Positions 40,401-48,741 of a stretch of DNA of 64,000 bases are shown here, one piece after another. How positions within the stretch are numbered: position 1 is the stretch's first letter; each line of letters begins with the position of its first letter. A program made the translations under genes and the position numbers. Source of the DNA: a virus; IMG/VR virus record IMGVR_UViG_3300021365_000003; one strand, 5' to 3'. The notes beneath the pieces are model-generated. The model was not told where the DNA came from, did not search any database, and was given only the letters and a program-made list of their open reading frames with translations.

Positions 40401-40687
40401 TTGAATTTAAATATACTCTAAACGATTTTAACATTGCAACAGAAGAAAGAAGAACTATGGTGCCGGATACTGTCACAGAGCAAGACATACAAGATGCTTT
40501 AGCTAGAAGAAATGAAGGCGACGTCAGCAGAAGGGGCGAGGATGAGTTTACACCCCCTAGTCTGCCTGGATTTCCTGCATTCACCCCTGAAGACTTAGGT
40601 ACCATCGGTCGCCTTACAGACGCCCGAGCCCGGTTTGAAGAGGGTGATAACCTCCCCGGAACGTACTCAGGGACCGAGGATGAATAG
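37487..40687 (+). CDS. Large hypothetical protein with FN3/Ig-like segments (1066 aa)
   Basis: FFDTQVKPNQEYNYTL and FMDSIIPNTDYYYLFRTLDFHGNIS. Confidence 0.7.
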   Translation: MTISQQLYNAATVFDLSLKKSGGLPRGPVTGEIGFEASDVFRYLTGLARYKTTPFDVGGAKIGNIANILEDDSRVTIDDVNNSIKFEEEFQVEYRIPFWKIEFIDNQVVRPVSMPSFGPDERSLFYESFQDIRYYFRGIDWVKIFLSPEVFNEFLDTGELGGPLYTSEEAALASDGHGGRRSGGAVERLTMEACERTIQMLMDPKGEEDPTSGPIRFMRRARSMTYPPSSPAPVSLSYTDLSINTTIQAESNIAIDGNYNFLSREFEFGPLAPANRFYTGFEESLMPSSYLFSVIKNFENLLDVFMTRRPVTGSEAESLNRFLRSLRLHIAALKDELFFGEFKLEPYTNDRMSYKTSPTTELYNKFGVSVKNLTGEQFDTAYGEEEDQQKRRLILIDPAILKENNFQSLFPFNNRIEITDRADPYRYLDIAGVDYREVTRNSLLRILDEYSLKTDIILNLMDGVVTPADGIITSNAKSLSITTNSSERPTPITSTRSVREFDFKEVFNNSSQPFVFNPFAPFLDPRDASTSYPTQGTTVFQLGEISQKFTTPYLSGVNLGGYLENGSDGARDRQFFLDFQDTIRSLSEDAIPSLKEMFLSERGNYHEVLAYRVIKENISTGAIQQFFISNGPEGITEFFDTQVKPNQEYNYTLSALMFVIQNSYRYQLAESFGFEYNVQVDRRSKRPPINNGLNDFFLGAKIRTRQQPKIIEVPLTSENSVLTDAPPVRPNVDFYPMKGFNDRVKIRVSSMNSTEHAMPVIIEEGDRTLFRKIMQSQGVALGGKIRFHSDETPAAFEVFRLDRKPETIKDFVAGKRVIRSVTSEDLSTDGTSFMDSIIPNTDYYYLFRTLDFHGNISNPTEVFKFTIIDNDGALQPLLTTLSLKEMFGSLKSDGLFLKTKKGGSSKSVRRFIKIRPNTQEISFIPGQFNEKTSAQISSVELGRDGLKTRNNIIDQRYMLELKSKKTGKSIFVEFKYTLNDFNIATEERRTMVPDTVTEQDIQDALARRNEGDVSRRGEDEFTPPSLPGFPAFTPEDLGTIGRLTDARARFEEGDNLPGTYSGTEDE

Positions 40688-40723
40688 CAAAAAACCAACA
40701 CAATGGTATAATTTAATTTAACA

Positions 40724-40735
40724 ACTATTTATAGT
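40724..40735 (+). promoter_or_regulatory. ACTATTTATAGT motif, putative late promoter
   Basis: Intergenic, followed by AAGGAG and ATG 40754. Confidence 0.7.
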
Positions 40736-40753
40736 AAGAAAAGGAGTTTATGC

Positions 40754-41701
40754 ATGGCATTTTTAGACAATTCAGGCGACATCATACTCGATGCAGTCCT
40801 AACAGACGAAGGGCGACGACGCCTAGCAGAAGGAAAAGGAACATTTAGAATCACAAAGTTTGCTTTAGGCGACGATGAGATCGATTATGGCCTCTATGAC
40901 AAAACCGCAGTAACAGCCGATGCCGATCTGGAAATTCTTCAAACTCCTATCTTTGAAGCATTCACGAACAATGGCTCGTCAATGAAGTCAAAGATTATAA
41001 CAATCAACAATCCAAACTTGCTTTACCTACCAGTCATCAAGCTTAATACTACCGATGACAGAGGCACGGTCTTAACCAACTTTGGCCAGGACACGTTCCT
41101 AGTCCCTGTCGATAAAGCAACAGATGATCTGTTTACTGCATCCGCCTCAAATGTCGGTGTTATCCGTTCACCAGCCGATGGTGAGCTTCCTGAGACTTTT
41201 GGAGCCTTTATCAGGTTGGACCAAGGCCTGGACACTACTGCTATCAGTCCTGGCGCCGGCCTATCATCAGATCTTAGAGAAGATACATTTATAATTGAAA
41301 TGGATAACCGCTTAGGCACATTGATTTCTGGCATGGGAAGCTCCACCCCGTCAGAAAAGACCCCAAGCAACGTTGACGATGACGATATTGCAACTTATAT
41401 GGCGAGTGCAACAACAGACAGGAACTTTATTGAGGCTATAAGAAACACAACTACCTCTGCTGGCCAGGTTATCAGCGGCCCAAGAGGTAATTTGCTTCAG
41501 TTCCGTGTGAGGCCAAAAATTGATCTAGCAGAATCAGATTACTATTTTGATTTATTTGGTTCTTCTCTAAATAGCCAGACTATTAATGGGATCGACGGAA
41601 CGAAGAACGTTAAATTTATTGACTCTTTTGTTACCGTTTATGGCGCATCGACCGGCTACATGGTCCAGGTACCAATTAGATTCTTTAGAGTTACTTCATA
41701 A
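40754..41701 (+). CDS. Tail/baseplate structural protein
   Basis: DAVLTDEGRRRLAEG..ITKFALGDDEIDY resembles tail-collar/fibre-attachment N-termini. Confidence 0.65.
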   Translation: MAFLDNSGDIILDAVLTDEGRRRLAEGKGTFRITKFALGDDEIDYGLYDKTAVTADADLEILQTPIFEAFTNNGSSMKSKIITINNPNLLYLPVIKLNTTDDRGTVLTNFGQDTFLVPVDKATDDLFTASASNVGVIRSPADGELPETFGAFIRLDQGLDTTAISPGAGLSSDLREDTFIIEMDNRLGTLISGMGSSTPSEKTPSNVDDDDIATYMASATTDRNFIEAIRNTTTSAGQVISGPRGNLLQFRVRPKIDLAESDYYFDLFGSSLNSQTINGIDGTKNVKFIDSFVTVYGASTGYMVQVPIRFFRVTS

Positions 41702-41720
41702 TAAATAAAAGAGAGAAAAA

Positions 41721-42746
41721 ATGGCATCAACATTTAAAACATTCGGTCCGGACGATCAGGCAGTAACAACGACAAACCTACATGAGGTTATTCCGATTAC
41801 TGGTACTATTGTATCCGGAACTTATTCTGACAACAACATTAAAAACTATTCTCATGGTATGTTCCAATCTGTTTATGATTATCCCTACCTAAGCTCTTCA
41901 GCGAATCATATTTTTGATATAACCGTTGGCTACTCTGCGAATTCATCATTATCTGGCGCTGCTAGTACTCAGAACGCTAAGAAAATAAACATCTATAATC
42001 AATTTGCAAAAGTCTTAGTTCAGCCGGATACTACTGGATCAATTCAGGAGTTTGATCAAGACGGCAACATATCAGGCGGCGGCACGAAAATGAAAGAATG
42101 CTTCTTTTTCCCCTTCTCACGCTTGCTCGTCAAGGATGAAATTAAAAAAGGCTCATTTGAAATGACTGCTTTTTTGAGTGGCGCTTACACTAGTTTGTTA
42201 GGAGCTAGCACTGTTTATGATGCCGGCGCTCAGAATAACTATAAAGTTAACTCGCCTGCTGGAGAGTATGGCTTATTATACACCAACTCAGCCGGTACGG
42301 GTGATCCAATTGGCCACGTTTATTATCAAGCTGGAATCTCTGTATTGACAGCTAGCATCTTTAAGCTCCTTGCCCAGCCCGCCGGCTTTAATGCTGCCGG
42401 TGAAACCGTTGATGCAGTTTTAAGCGGCTCATCAATAACCGGCTCAACTGATGGCTTTAGACACAGACTTAAGAACGTTCAGTTTAACAACACAACGGAA
42501 CTCAACTCAAGTATCTATTTCTGTCGAGCAGGGTCTAGTGAGTTTAACTATTCATCAAACCCAACATATCTATCTGGCTCGCAAGTTGTTATGAAAAACA
42601 GCAGAACGGATACCCCTGCGTCTTATGTTACTTCAATCGGCTTATACTCATCAGATAACGTACTTTTGGCCACTGCGAAAGTCTCAGAGCCGCTTAAAAA
42701 AGACCCAACAAACGAGCTTACATTACGAGTCAGACTAGACTACTAA
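41721..42746 (+). CDS. Tail/baseplate structural protein
   Basis: C-terminal FNYSSNPTY..YVTSIGLY..LLATAKVSEPLKK..RVRLDY. Confidence 0.65.
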   Translation: MASTFKTFGPDDQAVTTTNLHEVIPITGTIVSGTYSDNNIKNYSHGMFQSVYDYPYLSSSANHIFDITVGYSANSSLSGAASTQNAKKINIYNQFAKVLVQPDTTGSIQEFDQDGNISGGGTKMKECFFFPFSRLLVKDEIKKGSFEMTAFLSGAYTSLLGASTVYDAGAQNNYKVNSPAGEYGLLYTNSAGTGDPIGHVYYQAGISVLTASIFKLLAQPAGFNAAGETVDAVLSGSSITGSTDGFRHRLKNVQFNNTTELNSSIYFCRAGSSEFNYSSNPTYLSGSQVVMKNSRTDTPASYVTSIGLYSSDNVLLATAKVSEPLKKDPTNELTLRVRLDY

Positions 42747-42747
42747 A

Positions 42748-43908
42748 ATGAAGTTCTATCAGTTTAAGCAAAACGACGTGGTTGACCAACTCCGGGTGGT
42801 CAACCCGTCGTGTTCCTTTTTTATAAACGATAGAACTGTATACTATAACGGAGAATCAAACAGCTCAGCATCATTAGGAACTACTATCAACAGCGTTCCA
42901 TCAGGTTTTGTTTCTCTTTACGAAATGAATGTTGATCGTGCTGACACCAACTTGATCTATCCTGCGATTACAAAAGCGGGATCTTTAGATAACTTTAAAA
43001 CCATTAGCACGGCTTCTTTCTGGGTAGATAGCTACGGAGACGAACTATCCGGAACCTACCCTCTTTCTGCCAGTATCACAAGAAACTTCTATACGGGATC
43101 CGACGAACGAGGGCAGATAAAGGCTTTAAAAAATACTCTAAACAGACGCAGGCTTTATTCTAACCATTTTGCGTATTCTTCATCGCTTGGGGATAAGGAC
43201 ACACAGGATATAGCGCTTATTGATGTCCCTTCCATCTTCTTTGGTTCAGGAATGAAGGCGGATACTCTGAAACTAGACTTCTATGTCACTGGAACGCTCA
43301 CAGGGCGCTTAGAAGCAAACGCTAAGGGAGAGTTAGTCCAAACTCTACCAATAGACACAAACACCGGTTCAGTTGCTGGCGTGATATTAAGAGACATGGG
43401 CGCTATCTTGCTTACTGGTTCTTGGAATGTCACAACCGACAACATTGATAACTATGACCAGGACGGAAGCGAAGAAAGTTTTAGGTGGTATTATTATGCA
43501 GCCGGGATCCAGGGGAATGTATCATACGCTAGTACTGCACTGCCGTCCTCCTCTTTCCATCTTCATTTTGAATCCACCAGCGAAGTCAATACAAAACTAA
43601 TGTTTTGCACAGCGCCTCGTGGAGAGTTAAACCAATCTGAGAATCCAACATTTTATACAAAAGATAGTCACAAGCCTATAGAGTTTACTGGATCTGTTAG
43701 CAGTTTTAAAGAGCCGGAAAGAATAATAAAAAATATAGCATCGGCATCTTATCAAGATCCAACAGCCCCATTTGAGAAAACAACTTATATATCTAAAATA
43801 GGCTTATACGATGAAGATAAAAACCTTATTGCAATTGCTTCTTTAGCCAGACCTGTAAAGAAAACTGAATCTAGAGATATAACTTTCAAACTAAAGCTTG
43901 ACATCTAA
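42748..43908 (+). CDS. Tail/baseplate structural protein, paralogous C-terminus to 41721 gene
   Basis: LNQSENPTF..YISKIGLYDEDKNLIAIASLARPVKK..KLKLDI. Confidence 0.65.
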   Translation: MKFYQFKQNDVVDQLRVVNPSCSFFINDRTVYYNGESNSSASLGTTINSVPSGFVSLYEMNVDRADTNLIYPAITKAGSLDNFKTISTASFWVDSYGDELSGTYPLSASITRNFYTGSDERGQIKALKNTLNRRRLYSNHFAYSSSLGDKDTQDIALIDVPSIFFGSGMKADTLKLDFYVTGTLTGRLEANAKGELVQTLPIDTNTGSVAGVILRDMGAILLTGSWNVTTDNIDNYDQDGSEESFRWYYYAAGIQGNVSYASTALPSSSFHLHFESTSEVNTKLMFCTAPRGELNQSENPTFYTKDSHKPIEFTGSVSSFKEPERIIKNIASASYQDPTAPFEKTTYISKIGLYDEDKNLIAIASLARPVKKTESRDITFKLKLDI

Positions 43909-43926
43909 TAAAATACGTGATAAGAT
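43898..43926 (+). promoter_or_regulatory. Sigma70-type promoter, probably giving a leaderless mRNA
   Basis: TTGACA (43898-43903), 17 nt spacer, TAAGAT (43921-43926), TG at 43918-43919; ATG at 43933 with no SD. Confidence 0.72.
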
Positions 43927-43932
43927 CATTAT

Positions 43933-44451
43933 ATGATTTTAGGTTTAGATATAAGTACAAGTATAACAGGTATAACGTTATTAGATTATAATAATAACAT
44001 TATTTTAAATGATTCTATAGATCTTCGTAAGTATAAGAACTTCTTTTTAAAGAGTGAAAAAGTTGCTGAGTATTTTAAAAGTCTTTCTCAAGAACCAGAT
44101 AAGATTTTTATTGAGCAATCTTTACAATCTTTTCGGTCGGGATTTAGCTCAGCTGCAACTCTTTCTACTCTCTCTCGCTTTAATGGCGTTGTCTCTTGGC
44201 TTGCTTATAAGGAATGGTCCCTAGAGCCAGGATACATTGCCGCAACCTCGGCTCGAAAACTTGCCGGCATCAAAATAAAAAAGGGAACACCGGCAAAGAA
44301 ACAAGTCCTGCAACATTTGCTTGACACGGAGCCCTCATTCGTGGTAGAGTATACAAGACATGGCAATCCCAAGCCCGACACTTTCGATCGGGCTGATTCA
44401 CTTATCATTGCCAGGGCGGGACTACAACTATGCACGGACGAGAAAAACTAA
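43933..44451 (+). CDS. ruvC: RuvC-like Holliday junction resolvase
   Basis: ILGLDISTSITG, IFIEQ, DRADSLIIA catalytic acidic pattern. Confidence 0.82.
   Translation: MILGLDISTSITGITLLDYNNNIILNDSIDLRKYKNFFLKSEKVAEYFKSLSQEPDKIFIEQSLQSFRSGFSSAATLSTLSRFNGVVSWLAYKEWSLEPGYIAATSARKLAGIKIKKGTPAKKQVLQHLLDTEPSFVVEYTRHGNPKPDTFDRADSLIIARAGLQLCTDEKN
44321..44350 (+). promoter_or_regulatory. Possible sigma70-type promoter inside ruvC, upstream of primase
   Basis: TTGACA (44321-44326), 18 nt spacer, TAGAGT (44345-44350) with TG at 44342-44343. Confidence 0.35.
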
Positions 44452-45386
44452 ACATTATAAAACAAGCGTTAGGACATTCTTACAGGTCGGGCGGTGAATT
44501 TTTATTTCACTGCCCTTTTTGTAACCACCACAAACCAAAGCTTTCACTAAATGTTGAAAAAAATGTATATAAGTGTTGGGTATGCGACGCATCAGGGCGA
44601 AACATTCGTCGTTTGGTCAAGAAATTTGGTAACTGGTCGCTTCTAAAAGAGTGGGATCGGTTCTCAAGAAAGATTGACTTTTCTGAATTTGACGAAAAGC
44701 TTTTATTTGAGATCTCAGATGAAGAAGAACAGCAGGTGGTTCAGCTTCCAAAAGAATACCAAGCGCTTCATAAAAGAGAAATACCTCTAACTTTGCGACG
44801 ACCACTCAACTATCTACGCTCCAGAGGTTTGACTGATTTTGATCTTGCTTATTGGAAGGTTGGCTTTTGTGAGAAGGGCATCTATAAAGACCGTTTGGTT
44901 GTTCCATCCTTTGGGGATAGTGGCTCGCCAAACTATTTTATTACCAGGGCCTTCGATAAAAGCGTATGGCCGGCTTATAAAAACCCAAAAGCCAGCCGCA
45001 ACATTGTATTTAACGAACTCTTTATCGATTGGGACCAAGACATTGTGATTACAGAAGGTGTTTTTGACGCTATTGTCTCCGGCCCTAACTCAGTCCCTCT
45101 CCTTGGTTCTACAATGACCGAGAACTCGTTGCTGCTTCGCAAACTTATTGAGAACGATAGCACGGTGTATCTGGCCTTAGATCCAGATGCATACGAAAAA
45201 GAACTAAAGATTATGAAACTTCTACTTGATTTCGAGGTAGAAGTCTTTAAGGTTGACTTATCCGGCTTTAATGACTTGGGAGAAATGCCCAAAAACGAAT
45301 TTTCACTGCGAAAGAAAAAAGCAGCACCTATCCTACAACAGGATTTATTCGAATTAACAGCAAGAAACTTATTGGAGGCGATTTAA
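44430..45386 (+). CDS. DNA primase (Zn finger plus TOPRIM)
   Basis: CPFCNHH..CWVC, YLRSRG, RLVVP, YKNP, ITEGVFDAI, LALDPDA. Confidence 0.88.
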   Translation: MHGREKLNIIKQALGHSYRSGGEFLFHCPFCNHHKPKLSLNVEKNVYKCWVCDASGRNIRRLVKKFGNWSLLKEWDRFSRKIDFSEFDEKLLFEISDEEEQQVVQLPKEYQALHKREIPLTLRRPLNYLRSRGLTDFDLAYWKVGFCEKGIYKDRLVVPSFGDSGSPNYFITRAFDKSVWPAYKNPKASRNIVFNELFIDWDQDIVITEGVFDAIVSGPNSVPLLGSTMTENSLLLRKLIENDSTVYLALDPDAYEKELKIMKLLLDFEVEVFKVDLSGFNDLGEMPKNEFSLRKKKAAPILQQDLFELTARNLLEAI

Positions 45387-48300
45387 TGCGTTTTGCACAA
45401 ATCTCAGACACACACATCCGAAATTATAAATACCAAAAAGAGTATCGACAAGTATTTTCACAACTTTATAAAACTTTAAAAGAAGAAAATGTCGACTTTA
45501 TTATTCACACAGGGGACATCGCACACACAAAGACCCAGATTTCACCCGAATTTGTTGAGTTAGCATCAGACTTTCTATCAAGTTTGGCTGATATTGCGCC
45601 AACTTATGTTCTTTTGGGCAATCACGATGGAAATCTAAAGAACTCAGCACGCCAAGATGCCCTAACCCCCATTGTTCAGAATCTAAAACACCCGGATCTA
45701 CATCTTTTCAAGGGCTATGAGCAAGTAAACCTCTCAGAAAAGTTTGTTTTACACGCTATGTGCGTTTTTGATGACCAAGCCAGCTGGAATCTTGAGCCCG
45801 ATCAGGACTTTATTAACATTGCCCTACACCACGGCGCTGTTCGAGGGTCTGAAACAGATATTGGATGGGTTCTAGAGGGTGAAGTGAACCTAGAAACGTT
45901 TGAGAACTTTGATTATGGCTTTTTTGGGGACATTCACAAGACAAACCAACTATTGGACGACCACGGACGCTTCCGATACCCAGGATCTACAATTCAGCAG
46001 AACTTTGGAGAGTCAAACGACAAAGGTTTTCTTGTTTGGGACATTAAAGACAAAGAAAGTTTTACTTGTAAGCACATTCCTGTCTCCAACCCCAAGCCTT
46101 TCATCACAATCAAGCTTACAAAGACCGGAAGACTACCAAGAGGCACTAATATCCCATCAGGTGCCCGAGTTCGTCTTATTTCAGAGCACAATCACCCGAT
46201 CTCAACCCTGAAAAAGGCTGCCGATGTGGTAAGAACCAAGTTCAAGCCTGAATCGGTTGCTTTTCTCAACCGGTTTTCGGGCGCTCGTGGGTCAGCCACC
46301 TCCGCACACGCAGAAAGAATGAACATGCGTGACGCCAAGGTCCAAGAAAGATTAATGGAAGAGTATCTTGCGGATTATGAGTTAGATAAAGAGCAACTAG
46401 CACAAGTTTTCGCCCTAAATAAGCAGATCTCGACTCTTATCAACGAAGACGAGGAAACAAAGCGAAACATTCATTGGAATCTAGACAAATTTAAGTTTGA
46501 TAACCTTTTTAACTATGGAGAAGACAACTCAATTGACTTTGCGAAACTAAATGGTATTATTGGTATCTTTGGTAAGAACTATTCAGGAAAGTCTTCTATT
46601 ATTGATAGTATTCTATACGCTATTTTCAATTCCAGCTCAAAGTCGGTGCGCAAGAACGTTGATTTGATTAACCAAAACAAAGAACACGCCACAGGAGAGG
46701 TTCAGTTTTCTATTGGAGACAAGGTTTTTACTATCAAACGTGAGGGAAAGAAGTATATCAAACGCTTACACGGAAAGGCAAGCATTGAGGCAAAGACAGA
46801 TCTAACTTTTTCTGTATTTGATCCGGCCACCGGTGAAACCGAATGCCTAAACGGGCAGACAAGAAACGGAACCGACGCAAACATTCGCCGCTATCTTGGA
46901 ACACTAGACGACTTTCTACTAACGTCAATGATTTCCCAGATGAACTCACTAAACTTTATCAATGAAGGTACAACAAAGCGCAAAGAAATCCTCGCAAAGT
47001 TCCTTGACCTTGAGATCTTAGATAAAAAGTTTAAGAAAGCAAAAGAAATCTCACAAGATAAGCGTGCCTTGGTAAAGGGGCTAGAAGGTGTTGACTATGA
47101 TGCTCAGATTGAGGAAGAGCAAGCAGAACTTGAGACGCTCAAAGAAAAGATCTTGTCTGTAAAACTTCACTGTAATGAACTAAACGTTATTTTAGATGGC
47201 CTCAAACAAGAAAAGAGCAAGATCCAGCACCAAGTAGATTCCCAGAAAGAGATCGACATTAACATTGAAAGTGTTTTGAGCGAGATCAAAAACTTAGAAT
47301 CTAAAAAAACAACCTTAGAGGGTGAAATAAAAGAAATCTCAGTTCGCATTGAGCAGTGTGAGATTTTCATCCAGGACTTTGATCTAGAAAGGGTCTTAGG
47401 GCGCAAGGAGGTCCATTCTGAGACACTCAAACAACTTACAGACCTCACAGTAGTGCTAAAAGAAAGAAAGCGGGAGAAGGCCGACATAGAGGACAAACAA
47501 AGGCTACTTTCTTCTGTTCCTTGCGGCGATCAGTTTCCCACTTGCCGCTTTATCAAAGATGCCCACGAAGCAGTCGGCTCTTTTGATGTTGTCGAGCAAG
47601 CAATCAAAGGTTTGGAAGGCAATGTAGAGGAGCGTGAAAATGAAATCAAGAAACTCAACATTGATGAGGCCAACGATCTTCTAAGCAAGTATGATAACAT
47701 TGTAGCAGCCAAAGAAGACACCGAAAACCGCCTCAAGAACAAGGAAATGGAGCTAAAAATGGCTCAAATGTCCTTGACCGCCCTTTTGGCCAAGAAGGAA
47801 ACATACGAGAAGAACGAAGCAGAGATCAAAAAGATCTTAAAACTCAAAGAGCAACTAACTGTTACATCTAGAACAATCAAGAACACTCAAAGTGACTGTG
47901 ATAGTTGCAACGATGACCTTTTAGAACTTCTTGGAGATGAAGCAGGAGCAAAAGCAAGGATTGACTTAGCGAACCAAACAAAAGCAAAGCTCAAAAAAGC
48001 AAGAGAAGAATATTCTACATTTGTTTATTTTATGCGTTGTGTTCATCCAAACGGGATCCCTTATGATGTAACAAAGAAAATGCTACCAGTTATCAATGAA
48101 GAGATCGAGAAGGTACTTTCTGATGTTGTTGATTTCCAAGTATTCTTTGAGGAAGACGGAAACAAACTAAACATCTTTATCAAGCACTCAAAGTTTGACG
48201 CAAGGCCAATCGAACTAGGATCAGGAGCAGAAAAGACTATTGCCGCAACAGCTATTCGCTTAGGGCTTCTAAATGTTTCTTCTTTGCCCATTCCAAACTT

Positions 48301-48490
48301 TGCCGTGCTGGACGAACCGGCAACAGCACTCGACGCCGAGAACATGGATGGCTTTATCAAGATCCTTCAAATGTATCGTGAAAACTTTGAAACAGTATTC
48401 CTTATTTCTCACCTAGATTCTCTTAAAGACATTGTTGATGATGAAGTAATAATCCAGAAGAAGGAGGGATACGCTTTTGTAAATGTCTAA
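45386..48490 (+). CDS. Fused SbcD-SbcC (Mre11-Rad50; gp47-gp46) nuclease/ATPase
   Basis: SDTH, HTGD, GNHD, GDIHK, YPGS..Q.FGE; then GKNYSGKSS, coiled coil, GSGAE, LDEP, ISH in one frame. Confidence 0.92.
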   Translation: MRFAQISDTHIRNYKYQKEYRQVFSQLYKTLKEENVDFIIHTGDIAHTKTQISPEFVELASDFLSSLADIAPTYVLLGNHDGNLKNSARQDALTPIVQNLKHPDLHLFKGYEQVNLSEKFVLHAMCVFDDQASWNLEPDQDFINIALHHGAVRGSETDIGWVLEGEVNLETFENFDYGFFGDIHKTNQLLDDHGRFRYPGSTIQQNFGESNDKGFLVWDIKDKESFTCKHIPVSNPKPFITIKLTKTGRLPRGTNIPSGARVRLISEHNHPISTLKKAADVVRTKFKPESVAFLNRFSGARGSATSAHAERMNMRDAKVQERLMEEYLADYELDKEQLAQVFALNKQISTLINEDEETKRNIHWNLDKFKFDNLFNYGEDNSIDFAKLNGIIGIFGKNYSGKSSIIDSILYAIFNSSSKSVRKNVDLINQNKEHATGEVQFSIGDKVFTIKREGKKYIKRLHGKASIEAKTDLTFSVFDPATGETECLNGQTRNGTDANIRRYLGTLDDFLLTSMISQMNSLNFINEGTTKRKEILAKFLDLEILDKKFKKAKEISQDKRALVKGLEGVDYDAQIEEEQAELETLKEKILSVKLHCNELNVILDGLKQEKSKIQHQVDSQKEIDINIESVLSEIKNLESKKTTLEGEIKEISVRIEQCEIFIQDFDLERVLGRKEVHSETLKQLTDLTVVLKERKREKADIEDKQRLLSSVPCGDQFPTCRFIKDAHEAVGSFDVVEQAIKGLEGNVEERENEIKKLNIDEANDLLSKYDNIVAAKEDTENRLKNKEMELKMAQMSLTALLAKKETYEKNEAEIKKILKLKEQLTVTSRTIKNTQSDCDSCNDDLLELLGDEAGAKARIDLANQTKAKLKKAREEYSTFVYFMRCVHPNGIPYDVTKKMLPVINEEIEKVLSDVVDFQVFFEEDGNKLNIFIKHSKFDARPIELGSGAEKTIAATAIRLGLLNVSSLPIPNFAVLDEPATALDAENMDGFIKILQMYRENFETVFLISHLDSLKDIVDDEVIIQKKEGYAFVNV

Positions 48491-48501
48491 CTATTTATAG
48501 T
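48490..48501 (+). promoter_or_regulatory. ACTATTTATAGT motif, putative late promoter
   Basis: Directly after the sbcCD stop, before AAGGAG and ATG 48520. Confidence 0.7.
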
Positions 48502-48519
48502 AACAAAGGAGAAATAGTA

Positions 48520-48738
48520 ATGGCATGTAAAAATTGTAGCTGTATAACAGTTGATACTGAAAAGGGATTTCTAGACAGAGTTGTAGAAAAAGCTATAAGC
48601 AGAAAGTTTCTTGCTTGGATCACAGCAACCGGGCTTTTAGCTTTTGCCGATCTTACATCTGCAGACTGGGTTACGATCACTGCCATCTTTATCGGCTCAC
48701 AAGCTGCTGTTGATGCGGTAGCAAAACTTCGCTCATAA
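48520..48738 (+). CDS. Small two-TM protein, holin-like
   Basis: SRKFL followed by two hydrophobic helices; AAGGAG RBS. Confidence 0.55.
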   Translation: MACKNCSCITVDTEKGFLDRVVEKAISRKFLAWITATGLLAFADLTSADWVTITAIFIGSQAAVDAVAKLRS

Positions 48739-48741
48739 TAA

